Source of the DNA: Mizuhopecten yessoensis
Lineage: Eukaryota
DNA length: 63,383 nucleotides
Assembly (NCBI RefSeq): GCF_002113885.1
Contig: NW_018480063.1
Coordinates: forward strand, 785,013 to 848,395
Reading direction: 5' to 3'
Numbering within the stretch: position 1 is the first letter of the stretch; each line of letters starts with the position of its first letter. Shown here piece by piece: positions 1 through 12,300 of this stretch. The position numbers and the translations under genes were made by a program. Below the pieces are notes generated by a model. The model worked only from the letters and a program-made list of their open reading frames with translations, did not search any database and had not been told where the DNA came from.

Positions 1-2190
1 ATTGTAAGTGACTTAGCTGTTAGTATCGGTACATTGTTAGTGACTAACCTGTCAGTATCGGTATATTGTTAGTTTAGTGACTAACCTGTCAGCATCGGTA
101 TATTGTTAGTTTAGTGACTAACCTGTCAGCATCGGTATATTGTTAGTTTAGTGACTAACCTGTCAGTGTCGGTAAATTGTTAGTGTCTTAGCTGTCAGTA
201 TCTGTACATTGTTAGTGACCTAGCTGGCAGTATCGGTACATTGTAAGGGACTAACCTGTCAGTCTCGGTATATTGTTAGTGTCTAACCTGTCAGTATCGG
301 GACATTGTAAGTGACTAACCTGTGAGCGTCCGTACGTTGTTAGTGACTTAGCTGTCAGTATCGGTACATTGTTAGTGACTTAGATGTCCGTATCGGTACA
401 TTATTAGTGTCTTAGCTGTCAGTGTCGGTACATTGTTAGTGACTTAGCTGTCAGTATCGGTACATTGTTAGTGACTAACCTGTCAGTATCGGTACATTGT
501 GTAGTGACTTAGCTGTCAGTGTCGGTACATTGTGTAGTGACTAAGCTGTCAGTGTCGGTACATTGTTAGTGACTTAGATGTCCGTATCGGTACATTATTA
601 GTGTCTTAGCTGTCAGTGTCGGTACATTATTAGTGTCTTAGCTGTCAGTGTCGGTACATTGTTAGTGACCTAGCTGTGAATTTCGGTACATTGTTAGTGA
701 CTAACCTGTCAGTATCGGTATATTGTTAGTGATTTAAGTGTCAGTGTCGGTACATTGTTAGTGACTAACCTGTCAGTATCGGTATATTGTTAGTGTCTAA
801 CCTGTCAGTGTCGGTACATTATTAGTGACTTAGCTGTCAGTGTCGGTACATTGTTAGTAACTTAGCTGCCAGTATCGGTACATTGTTAGTGATTTAGCTG
901 TCAGTATCGGTACATTGTAAGTGACTTATCTGTCAGTATCGGTACATTGTTAGTGTCTTACCTGTCAGTAACGGTACATTGTTAGTGACTTAGCTAACAG
1001 TATCGGTACATTGTTAGTGACTATCCTGTCAGTATCGGTACATTGTGTAGTGACTTAGCTGTCAGTCTCGGTACATTGTGTAGTGACTAAGCTGTCAGTG
1101 TCGGTACATTGTTAGTGACTAACCTGTCAGTATCGGTACATTGTTAGTGACGTAGCTGTCAGTATCGGTACATTGTTAGTGACTTAGCTGACAGTATCGG
1201 TACATTGTTAGTGACTTACCTGTCAGTATCGTTACATTGTTAGTGACCTAGCTGTCAGTATCGGTACATTGTTAGTGACTTACCTGTCAGTAACGGTACA
1301 TTGTTAGTGACTTAGCTGACAGTATCGGTACATTGTTAGTGACCTAGCTGTCAGTATCGGTACATTGTTAGTGACTTAGCTGTCAGTATCGGTACATTGT
1401 TAGTGACTTAGCTGTCAGTGTCGGTACATTGTTAGTGACTTAGCTGTCAGTATCGGTACATTGTTAGTGACTTAGCTGTCAGTGTCGGTACATTGTTAGT
1501 GACTTAGCTGTCAGTATCGGTACATTGTTAGTGACTTAGCTGTCAGTGTCGGTACATTGTTAGTGACTTAGCTGTCAGTATCGGTACATTGTTAGTGACT
1601 TAGCTGTCAGTGTCGGTACATTGTTGGTGACTTAGCTGTCAGTATAGGTACATTGTTAATGACTTAGCTGTCAGTGTCGGTACATTGTTAGTGACTTAGC
1701 TGTCAGTATCGGTACATTGTTAGTGACTTACCTGTCAGTATCGGTACATTGTTAGTGACTTAGCTGTCAGTATCGGTACATTGTTAGTGACTTAGTTGTC
1801 AGTGTCGGTACATTGTTAGTGACCTAGCTGTCAGTATCGGTACATTGTTAGTGACTTAGCCGTCAGTATCGGTACATTGTTAGTGACTTAGCCGTCAGTG
1901 TCGGTACATTGTTGGTGACTTAGCTGTCAGTATAGGTACATTGTTAGTGACTTAGCTGTCAGTGTCAGTACATTGTTAGCGAGTTAGCTGTCAGTATCGG
2001 TACATTGTTGGTGACTTAGCTGTCAGTATCGCTACATTGTTAGTTACTTACCTGACAGTATAGGTACATTGTTAGTGACTTAGCTGTCAGTGTCGGTACT
2101 TTGTTAGTGAGTTAGCTGTCAGTATCTGTACATTGTTAGTTACAAACCTCAAACCTGTAAATATAGGAACATGTTAGTGACTTACCTGAA
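1..2190. repeat. 32-bp minisatellite (>65 copies, truncated at window start), consensus GTCAGTATCGGTACATTGTTAGTGACTTAGCT, in the intron following the VAMP7-like exon
   Basis: Period of 32 bp read directly (e.g. TGTCAG at 1381 and 1413). Units decay towards 2140-2217, where they merge into the real splice donor. Confidence 0.97.
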
Positions 2191-2217
2191 GTGACCAGTA
2201 CAATTTGTGTGACTCAC

Positions 2218-2366
2218 CTGCCGGCTTGGAGGGGTTTCTTTCCTCTTTTGTAGGAGGCAATTTCCGGCAAACGGGACGTCAAGAGTTTCTCGAATGGTCC
2301 GGGAGCTGTTTGGTAGCTACACAGGACTGTAGTACGACACACTACACAGCTGTACTGGATTGGCAT
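2218..2366 (-). CDS. First coding exon of a VAMP7-like longin-domain R-SNARE (rest of gene beyond the left edge)
   Basis: ATG at 2366 reads MPIQYSCVVCRTTVLCSYQTAPGPFEKLLTSRLPEIASYKRGKKPLQAG plus AG, then donor CAG|GTGAGT at 2217. The pattern aligns with the VAMP7 N-terminus (MAILFAVVARGTTILAKHA..GNF). It is divergent, so possibly a paralog. Confidence 0.7.
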
Positions 2367-2642
2367 TGGTATCGATGGAAAGATCACGCTAAATCTTATT
2401 TATATTTACTTCTGTGTCTAAAAAGTTCACTGTAATTTGCCGTACGTCGGTTATCTTGGATAGATAACATCGTACCGGTTACTCGTAATGATATCGAGAT
2501 GAGTAGTGCAGTGATAAACACTGTAAACTGATGTGGACACGTAGATATCACCAGTGACACGTACGTCAACATGTTTATAGCAGATTCACAAGTCTATATA
2601 ACTGTACACCCTCATCCCCCTTCCTCAGTCTTGGTCTCTCAC

Positions 2643-2876
2643 AGGGACATGGAGAATTTGTTACAGCTGTATTTGGACCAAAACTAAGGTGTTCAGTGTA
2701 ATTTACACGTTTTAGGGGTTAAGATCAACTTTCGGCAAAAATGCCCCTCCTCGTATATATCTTTATCGGGGAGTTGGGTACATCATTAAGTTGATATAAA
2801 CCCCTGAAACGTGTAAAATTACCATAAACATCTAAGTTTAGGTCCAAATATAGCTGTAACAAAATGCCATGTCCTT
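2643..2876. mobile_element. Foldback/MITE-like element with ~75-bp imperfect terminal inverted repeats
   Basis: Left arm GGGACATGGAGAATTTGTTACAGCTGTATTTGGACC..ACACGTTTTAGGGGTT (2644-2720) pairs with right arm AACCCCTGAAACGTGT..GGTCCAAATATAGCTGTAACAAAATGCCATGTCC (2799-2874). Confidence 0.8.
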
Positions 2877-3899
2877 ATGGATCTGTCAACCAAGCACACC
2901 GCGTTCAATGATCTCCGGGAAATATTTTTACATATTAGTGGGTTTTTTAATTGGGGATATATTTATCATAAAAAAATACTTCACGCAACAAATACTGTTA
3001 AGAAAACAACGATTAAGTTGTTGTTACTTTAATGTAAGTATCTACCTTGTCAACCTTTCCAAAATAAAACACTACGTTGTTCTGGTAAATTGATATGAAT
3101 TTTATTAACAGGGGGAGGGGGTCGTTTTCTAAAAAATAACTATTCCATATAAAACTGTGAAGTACTGTATTCTCTCTTGTCTTATAACGATCTAAGCTAA
3201 CTGGGGAAAACAAGGGAAATTGTTTTGAAATATATACGCGACCAGAACGATACCATTATCAAGACCAAATTTCAAATATATCGAAAATGGCTTAAAAACA
3301 AGACAGTTATATAATGTTGTTATGTGCATCTCGTTGGAATAACTGCGAGAGCCAACATCTAAATTCTTAATGTGGAAAAATAAACCAGTAAAACAAAACT
3401 ATTTAAATAATTCACGACACCAAATTACTGCACTATGGGGTTTCTTGTAGGAAAAATAATCGCTTCGGACTTTGGCAAAACGGACCTATTTTCGTGCTTT
3501 TAAAATATTTTAAATGTAAGATTTTCAATAAATTGGTTCATGGTTAGAATGTAGTCAAACCACAGTAAAAATGTACATCGGTAATATCTCATAACAAAAG
3601 TTATCTAAACATCTTAGAATGCTAGCTCCTCCTTCAGTATGCGTTTGCTTCCCATCCCCATAAGCTTGCAATCTAATTATTATCCACGTTACAAAGCTTC
3701 TTATTACCACTAAATAGGGGTTATAGTCGTAGTGTGAGACTGTATAATCGAGAAGTGGGATTAATGGGTGTAGAAGAATAAAAAAAATTCGTGTGATCAA
3801 TCTTGAATATCTTTCCCTCAAAATGTTTTACCAGAAAGTTCGACTTTTACACTATTAACCATACCTTGTACCATTTTATAAATATTTTAAGCATATTTT

Positions 3900-4390
3900 G
3901 TGAAAAACAGAACACGCTTGAAAAAAACCAAGGATGAAATCGTGAAGGTGATTGGGTTCCAGGTTGGCAAAATTTGTTCAAAGCTTATAAAGATTGGTAA
4001 CAAAAACCTAGTCAAGTCCTAGAGTTTCACATTCAAAATCGTACACCGGCGATGTCCTGTCTTTTAATATCAAGAAATCCATCGATCACTTCGAACGTTT
4101 ACCATCACGAGTATGAAATCAAAGACGCTACAAACTCTTCCAGTTCAGCAGCTTTTCCCGATCTTCACTCACATGACCAACAAGTACACCCTTTTACTAA
4201 GCTGTACGATTATTTATTTTTAAATCCTGAACTTCCCCTTTCTGGATAGTAACATCCCTGCCCCCCAACCAACGTTGATTACACGTCGCAGTTTTTCGCC
4301 ATTCAAGAGTTTGCTCGGAATAGCAGGATTTCCGTGATATATGTCGCCATTCGATTGACAAACAACAAGGGGTTTCCAAAGATGGGTATA
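3900..4390 (+). mobile_element. Degenerate reverse-transcriptase fragment, Penelope-like retroelement
   Basis: Frameshifted translation VYHHEYEIKDATNSSSSAAFPDL...TKLYD...NFPFLDSNIP matches the recalled IYP.ELEIKDTT.S..SASYLDL..YDKRDDF.F...NFPFLSSNIP motif of invertebrate Penelope-like RTs. Confidence 0.6.
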
Positions 4391-4907
4391 ATCCAATTAA
4401 TATGCTATTTCTATCCATTTTGTGTTCGACTAGTAGTTTTGTTGACAGTTTGGTATTCCTTTTTTTCGAATACTCTAACAAAACATTTATTCTTCGTTGT
4501 TGTACTACGGTACACAATTCCTGTATGTTTCCGTCTTGTACTTCCCCTGAAAAGGGGCGTAGTACACCTTTGTTGCGGAACTAGACTGGGTCCATTATTA
4601 GAGAATGGTCGGGTTGTGCAGTTGATCACGCACCGATTTTCACAAATGTGGCCGAGGCTCGAGGTACGGGGTCACCTACATCCTTTAAACTACTGTTGTA
4701 ATTACAAATGTGATAATTCAGTTGAATACGTTTATGAAGTGGGTTATGGGTAGTATGTTGAAGACGAGTACCGCAAGGGTGAGCATGCTTCACATTTCAC
4801 GAGTCTTTTTGTAATACAAAAGGTCCTACGTATACTTCCAGGCCAACAGGAACAAAATAACTTCGTTTCATAATTTTCGGATCGAGATTTATCAGTTTGG
4901 CATGAAT

Positions 4908-6063
4908 AATAAAAGGCCCAAAGGGCCTGTATCGCTCACCTGGATACCTAAGCAATCATAGCAAAATATTCTCCAAATGAGATCCAAGGGAATATGCCAG
5001 ACCCCAAGGCAAATCCTTGTAACATATCTGTATTTGATTTTTTATGCCCTGCAATTTTATGTATGGTTATGGGGTGGGGATCTCAACTGTTTCCAAGCTG
5101 TGACTCAGAAACTAGGTCCCTAGGGTTTTGGTCAGACCCCAGGATCAATTCTAATATCATGACTGCATTTGTCTCTTTTTGCCCAGCATTTGTATATATG
5201 GTTTTGGGTTGGGGATCTCAACTGTTTCAAAGTTATGACCCAGGGGTTATGTCTGCAAGGGTGGGGCAGACCCTAGGGTCAATTCTAATATCATGACTGC
5301 ATACGTCTCTTTATGCCCAACAATTGTATATATAGTTTTGGGGTGGGGATCTTGACTGTTTCAAAGTTATGACCCAGGGGTTAAGTCTCCAAGGGTGGGG
5401 CTAGACCCTAGAGCTATCCTGGAAGCAAATGTGCATTCCTCTCTTTATACTCAGCAGTTGTATATATGGTTATATGGTGGGGATCTCAATCATTTCCAAG
5501 TAATAATTTTTTTTTGGCCCCACCATTTGTACAATTTTGAATCCCTGCCTCCCAGGAATGCTTCCAACCAAATATGATCAATATCCATGGTATAGTTCTA
5601 CGGAAGAAGTCATTTATAGCAATATAGCCAAATTGCCCCCTTTTGGCCCAGCCGTCAGCCAAACCATTTGTACAATTTTGAATCCACACCACCTAGGGAT
5701 GCTTTCAGTCAAAAATGGTTGATATCTATCTCTTAGTTCCAGAGAAGTCACTTAAAGTAATATAGCTAAATAACCCTTTTTGTCCCCGCCCCTCAGCCGC
5801 CACGGGGGTCATCCACACCATTTGTACAATTTTGAATCCCTGCCTCCCATGAATGCTCCTGATTCTACAGAAGTCGTTTGTAACAATATAGCCAAAATGC
5901 CCCCTTTTGGCCCCGCCTCTCAGCCCCCTGGGGGGTCAGCCCAACCATTTGTACAATTTTGAATCCACACCACCTAGGGATGCTTCCAGCCAAATATGGT
6001 TGATATTCATCTCTTAGTTCCAGAGGAGATGTCGCTTACAGCAATATAGCCAAATTGCCCCCT
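4908..6063 (-). mobile_element. Helentron-associated non-autonomous element (HINE-like), partial, with internal ~120- and ~150-bp tandem repeats
   Basis: Terminal motif AAAAGGCCCAAAGGGCCTGTATCGCTCACCTG (GC hairpin plus subterminal GCTCACCTG) is shared with copies at 7134, 29523 and 31578. Internal repeated blocks include CACCATTTGTACAATTTTGAATCC. Confidence 0.7.
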
Positions 6064-6317
6064 TCTTTGTCTATCATACATTTTCTTTTTTTTGTAAGAG
6101 TCATTTGTATAACAAAGACAATACACAAACATACTTGTAGGGATAATTGAGGCTATAACAATATAATGGAATCAAAATCACAAGCAAAAAACAACTTCGG
6201 GATCAATCCATTCAAAACCTTTTATTATTTCTTAAGTTACAAAACATATCAAGAAGTGTCTATATATATCTGGCCTATAGTCCAACCATCCAAAAAATGT
6301 TCCTCAACACTCCAGCA

Positions 6318-9300
6318 TCAATGATACTTTGTTTTGTCAACTGCAAACACAAAACAAAAAGGAAAATAATAATGGTGCTGAAAACACAGATAGCATTACT
6401 TACATTTTTGTTTATTGATTCAGAAGAGACCATTTTCATTGAGATCAATTGCAATTTTGTTATTTTTATGAAATTCAAATTAAGAGCTGTTGGATAGCAT
6501 CATAGCTCGTTACTATCAATTGAAATACACATATTAACTTGTTGTACATTACTAACCTGATATTCAAAGAACAAGTCCTTGACAATACCATTTTTATAGA
6601 GACCAATTTTCTGGTTTTTTAAATTACGAAATTCAAAATAAGAGCTGTTGGAGAACATCATAGCTCGTAATTAATATAACTATCCATAGAAATACATATA
6701 TCTTAACCTGTTGTACATTACTAACCTGATATTGTTATTCTGACCATCATTTTTTGATGTGGTAACCATAAAAATTAGGGTTACTATGAAGTTGAGAAAT
6801 GTTTTATATAAATGCCTCAAACTTATTATGGGTAAAACATTTCATGACTGTGGTGATCTAACACTGAAGAGGGATGCTGGCGCGTTACATTAGCCCCCAT
6901 CCTCCTGTTTACTATATATTTGTAATTATAGATCACACAAAACTCTGTCTTGATCAGGTGACCTAATAAGTATTAAATTACTAACAAATGCTGAGTAAAT
7001 AATGAACCAAGGAACAATTTAGACTAGGCTTTAGGTGGTACCAAGTAGTTGCGATACACAGATAAGATAGATATAGGTATGTTAAGTGTGATACCTATTC
7101 GATGAATAAATAGGATTAATATTACCGGTAAGTAAACAAGAGGCCCATAGGGCCTGTATCACTCACCTAGTATTAATCTCACACTGCGGACCAAGGTCAA
7201 ATATATTTAAATGGGCTAAATTAAGCTAAAGGAAAATATCATCACCTGGAGTCTTTTGGTTATTAAGAAGAAAAAGGTTTTAAGATTTTTTGAACATTTA
7301 ACCCCTTGGTCAGACCATAAATTTGGTAAAGGGTTTTCATTTGAACAAACTGTACAGCCCTTCATCCCAGCATGATACTGGCCAAGTATCATTACCCTGG
7401 GATTTTTATCATTTTTTCAAAAGAGGGTAAACAAGGTTTCACGGTAATGGCTAGCGAAAGTGAAAAGCATTACCCTGGGATTTTTTATCATTTTTTCAAA
7501 AGAGGGTAAACGAGGTTTCACGGTAATGGCTAGCGAAAGTGAAAAGCATTTGTATTCATCATACTTACAAACATGATGAAAGTGTTCTTGAGCATTGATC
7601 GCGGCAACTATGAAGACAGGGATCAGAATAGCACATGCATTACTATTTTTGCAGCCGATATATTTCAGCTTGAACGCCCAATAACCTGCAATGATAAAAA
7701 TTTAATTTATGTCAGACAAAGAAAACTAAGCTCACTTGGCTGCTTGGTCCAGGTGAGCTAAAATAAAATCTCTGTTTTCATAATTTGATCATCCGTAATG
7801 AAATCTGTTTCTCAATCATTTTAAGTCTGTTTATCCATATATATATGCATCTTATTTTAAATAAGATTTTTCACATAAAACCTGAAACCTTTGCACCTCC
7901 CACATTTCACCACCAGGTTAAGTCATCAGCCTATGTAGAATTACCTCTTGAAACAGCACTAACAAATCCATAAGGAGTTTTATTCCTGTTCTTCATCCAT
8001 TGCCCTAGCTCACCAACACGGACATCTAGAAAAGGTTTGTCGGCTGGAAAGAAAAATAATTATATAAAAACATTGCGAAAATGAAAAATAAACATGAAGA
8101 GATCCTAGAAGGATATTGTTGTCCACCATGAAAAGATCTTTTGATATATATAATTTTCATATCTACAAAAGATCTTTTATCTTCTTTGCTCTTCAATTTC
8201 CTAAAAGGTACTTTTACTCAGTCCCATGTTGGAAATCCTAAATGAGAACCTTGTACACTGATATAACTTAACATTGTAATGTACATTAACTCAAACATTG
8301 CAATGTGCATTAACTTAAACATTGTAATGTACATTAACTTAAACATTAATGTCATATGCCAAAGTAGGTCAAAGTTTGTTTATTTGAGGACATTTTGTAT
8401 AGTTCAATGCAAGGTACATTTTACCTACTGACCAAGTACAGTCAAAGTTTGATGTTTCAAACTATACGTGAGAATCCGCTAAATCTGAGAAAATTTGAAA
8501 ATCCAGACTTCTGCTCACAGATATTGAACATTGAGATCATATACATAAGATGGTCTGGTGGTGCAGTGGAAAGCGCACTTGCCTTTCACCAAGGCGGCCG
8601 GGGTTCAATTCCCCGATTGGACGTGAAAAGGTTGGGGTCACCTGCCCCGACCACGTGGGTTTTCCCCGGGTACTCCAGTTTCCTCCCCGACTAAGACCCC
8701 CACACACTAACATCCGGGCCAACAAGAGTGATTAATGTAAGTTACTTGTTGTAAAATGAATACATGAGATAGAATGTTATTCTTATTGGACGATACACAG
8801 GCTAAATTTTTTTTTTCTTAAATGTATTAATTAGTGCTGACTATCCATTATAATCCAAAATTGATCGGTTTTCCCTTTCTGGTTCCATTTATTGATGATT
8901 ACTTCCATAATCGATATAATCAGTTCATCATTGAAATCAAAGTATTTAAATGTCTTCCATGTTAAGTATTCTTTGAAAGTCATATATTCTTATGATTTTA
9001 CTACATGATTGATAAAAATGCATAAAAGTTGCTTGATATCCATTCATTATAAACTTAATGTCTAGTGAATTACTCTGTTCATTGATGGTATGGTTTATTG
9101 TTCTCATTTTATTTGGTTATTCAGTCCCATACATTTATTAACTGATTATGCAATTGATCATTGATCGGTTTAACACTTCTGATTACAATTGAATGAAGGA
9201 AAGAAGCTGTGTTTATAACAAATGCAAGTGAAGATCAAGAAGGACGGTTGTACTTATTAGTGGTGTATACCAATAACCGGAAACATTGAATAAATCGAGC

Positions 9301-12300
9301 TGGACATGAGGTTGATTTGGTAATCGATTTAGCACATGAAAGATCAATTTTGAAACTTTGTCATGAAGAATATCGTTTTTGTAGGTTTGTCATGAAGAAC
9401 TGAAATTCTTAAGATTATACATACAATCATGGTCAGTGCGGTGTTATGTACGTACGGTTAAATTTATAACCGACGAAATCCAGAAGTACGGAAAATGGCG
9501 GTCACTTGAATGAAACCACTTTCTTTTTCAGCGAAGGAATGGTGGGACATAAAGTATTCAGTTCCAACTCAATTTCGAATGGGTGAACTTAATTCGCAAT
9601 AATAAATGTCATATCAAGTACCTGACCCAAAATGCATAACCTGATTTGTTTACAAATGTTACGATCGCTATCATCATTGTTCGTCTGCAGGAGATAGGAA
9701 AAGGAACGTTCTCTTCTCAAATGGTAATCTACCAGTCATTGTCAAATACTGAAGTACCTTTTCTCATCATATGAACGTCTCTTAGATAAAATTATTAGCA
9801 AAATAACACAAAGTTATATCAATATATTTTAATGATTGGACCAGGGGCGTAAAATAATAATTCATAGCATTTGCCCCAGGCAAAGTAGACCTTAGAAATC
9901 CACCTGCCCGTAAATATTTTCTACTAGCCCCATGTAAAATGCAAATTATGAACATGTACAGACCGAAAACAGATTTTTCAAAATAATATGATTTTTTCAT
10001 GAAATATTTAAGCCTTGTTTTCTCTACCTTTTTGCAATTATTATATCATAAATTATTTACTATTTAATAGCAGTGATGGATGTACATGTATTTAACTCTT
10101 TTTTTAATTAATATACCTGGCCTCCTTTGCCCCAGTCGGACGACACAACTTACGGTAAACCTCTGGTCAGTTCGAATAGGAGGATAATTCAAACCAGCTT
10201 TTTGCACAATAAAAACAATAATTTTCTGTATTTAGTTTGATCCCTGCATACCCACATTTGGGATTGTTCGAATACAAAATTAGAGTACTGAAATTACGTA
10301 ATCATTGATCATGATCAACTTTGGTATCAGTGTTGCAATAAAAGCCTTGCAAAACTTGCTCAAACTAATCTATTTTTATGGCAGTACTGGTAACAAATAA
10401 ATGAGTAACGAGTAGACTAGTACTCATGATGTGCCACCATTTTGTACATAAATGAGTATAAGGGATAAAGTATGGAGTGAAGGGATAGAAGAGGGAGACA
10501 GGTTAGAGAAGGAGCTGTCCAGCCTATATGTAAAGTATTTACTGTACAAGTCTAGTTTTTGTAAGACGGCTCCTATGCCTAATATTTGCTTCAACCTAAC
10601 ACTAGTCGTATAGCATCACCAAGTCTGGACCGGAAGTGAGGTACTGAGCCGAAAACAAATCTAACCCTATCCTCTGTGTCGGCGCTACTAGCCTACTCTT
10701 TTTCGAAAAACTCTGGAGGGATCTTTTCTGTGCGAGATTGGACAGTTCTCACATGGTACACCTTTTATAGTCCCATCTGACGGACTGTGTGTTAGTGGTT
10801 AGAGTCATGCAGGGGCTGTTTTTTCTGTTGTCCATTCAATGTAATCCTCTCCTCATCATTCGTCACTGAAAATATAGCTGACTGTACTGTACTAATGTCC
10901 TCTTTCTTAAAAAAACTTGTCTTGTCTTTCACTAAATTCTGTTCATCGTTCCGACATTTTATGAATTTAAGTGTATGGTGTGATTATTAGTATGAGGGAT
11001 ATAAAAAAAGGGAGGTGTGTGTGTGTTAGTGTTATAATTTGGTTATAACATTGATGTGGGAGTGGGAGGGGTTGGAGATTGAAAGTGATGGGTATCAAAA
11101 GAGTTGTGCTGATAGATTTATGGGCTGTATCGGGTGCTAGTTGTATGGCCTGGAGAGGGGTTGGGGATGGTTGGGAGGGGCGGATTGGTACTGATGAATG
11201 TAGGATGACTTCAACTTAAACAGGATACTGAACATCATTTTATTTAGAGGCGTCAGAAGGATCGGTAAAAAACTTTTTTTTAAAATTTATTTTTTAGAAC
11301 TATACGATAAAAACATGTACGCTTAGAATTTGTGAGAAAGGAAATTTGCCTTCAGGGTTGAGAGGTCTGCACTGTCGGCGATGACGGTTGGGAGGCTGTT
11401 GCAGGTATGAATTGCTCTAGGAAAGAATGAATTTGCATGATAATTTGTGGAGCTGTGTGGAATCTGAAATTTGTGTTGTCGGGTTCGTTGGAGAATGGAG
11501 GTTGCCATCATATGCCAGTTTAGGGTTTGGAGCATTTCTGTAACACTACTGGTGTAGTTATAGCACCCAAGGGTGTACCTGGCGGCTCTTCTCTGCACTA
11601 TTTCAACCTTATGGGTAAGATTTGCCTGCCAGGGATCCCAGATTGGGCCAGTACAGTATTCAATAAGCTAACTCTTTTGTTTTTACATTGGTGGTGTTAA
11701 CATTTCTCCCGAATGAGTCTTAGCGATGAATTTGCCTTGTTGGTAATGTAATTAATGTTGGTGTTCCATGAAAAGTTTGTAGAGATAGTTAAGCCCAGGT
11801 ATTTTGCAGGTTGGGCACAACGGCACACATGGGTAATAATCCTGCATTTGGGTAACAGTTACCCATTTGAGTATCAGTTTTATTACTGAAATGGGGAATA
11901 AAGTGAAATAAAAACACACGAAGTTCTTTCAAACACTATTTTGATCTCTCCCTTTTTGTGAAAAGGACAAACCATATCACTGACTTTGTTCTCCATTGAC
12001 TTCACTGTGTAGTCAATGTGACTTTCCAGTGCAAATGTGACGGGTGAGCATGGTTTTTTTCTGGGTGCTATTTATAGCTACTCAACAACACACTATATAA
12101 GAAATGGAGGTGATACAATGTCATTTTCACAAAAATTTAGACCACTGAATTTACATTTTTTTGTACACAATTGTACCTCGCTGTATTTTTATGTTGATTA
12201 TGTTGAAAGAATGACGCCCTTTTTTGCTCATAATGTGTAAAAGAACTTTGTGTTTTTAATTCACTTTATTACCCTTTTCAGTAATAAAATTATTACCCGT

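Noticed and set aside
1-2190. CRISPR-like array (32-bp period); same consideration for the arrays at 22565, 26324, 28114 and 51120
   Set aside because: Units are contiguous with no unique spacers, there are no cas genes, and the context is eukaryotic and intronic.
6275-6478. ORF frame LTKQSIIDAGVLRNIFWMVGL as the last exon of ATP5MF
   Set aside because: The phase of the upstream exon requires the frame F-DKTKYH*, which gives the conserved KYH terminus.
8552-8625. tRNA genes here and at 14545, 14795, 26973, 61735, 61985 and 62310
   Set aside because: A/B boxes are present but there is no complete cloverleaf or acceptor stem; each is embedded in a SINE body or LTR.
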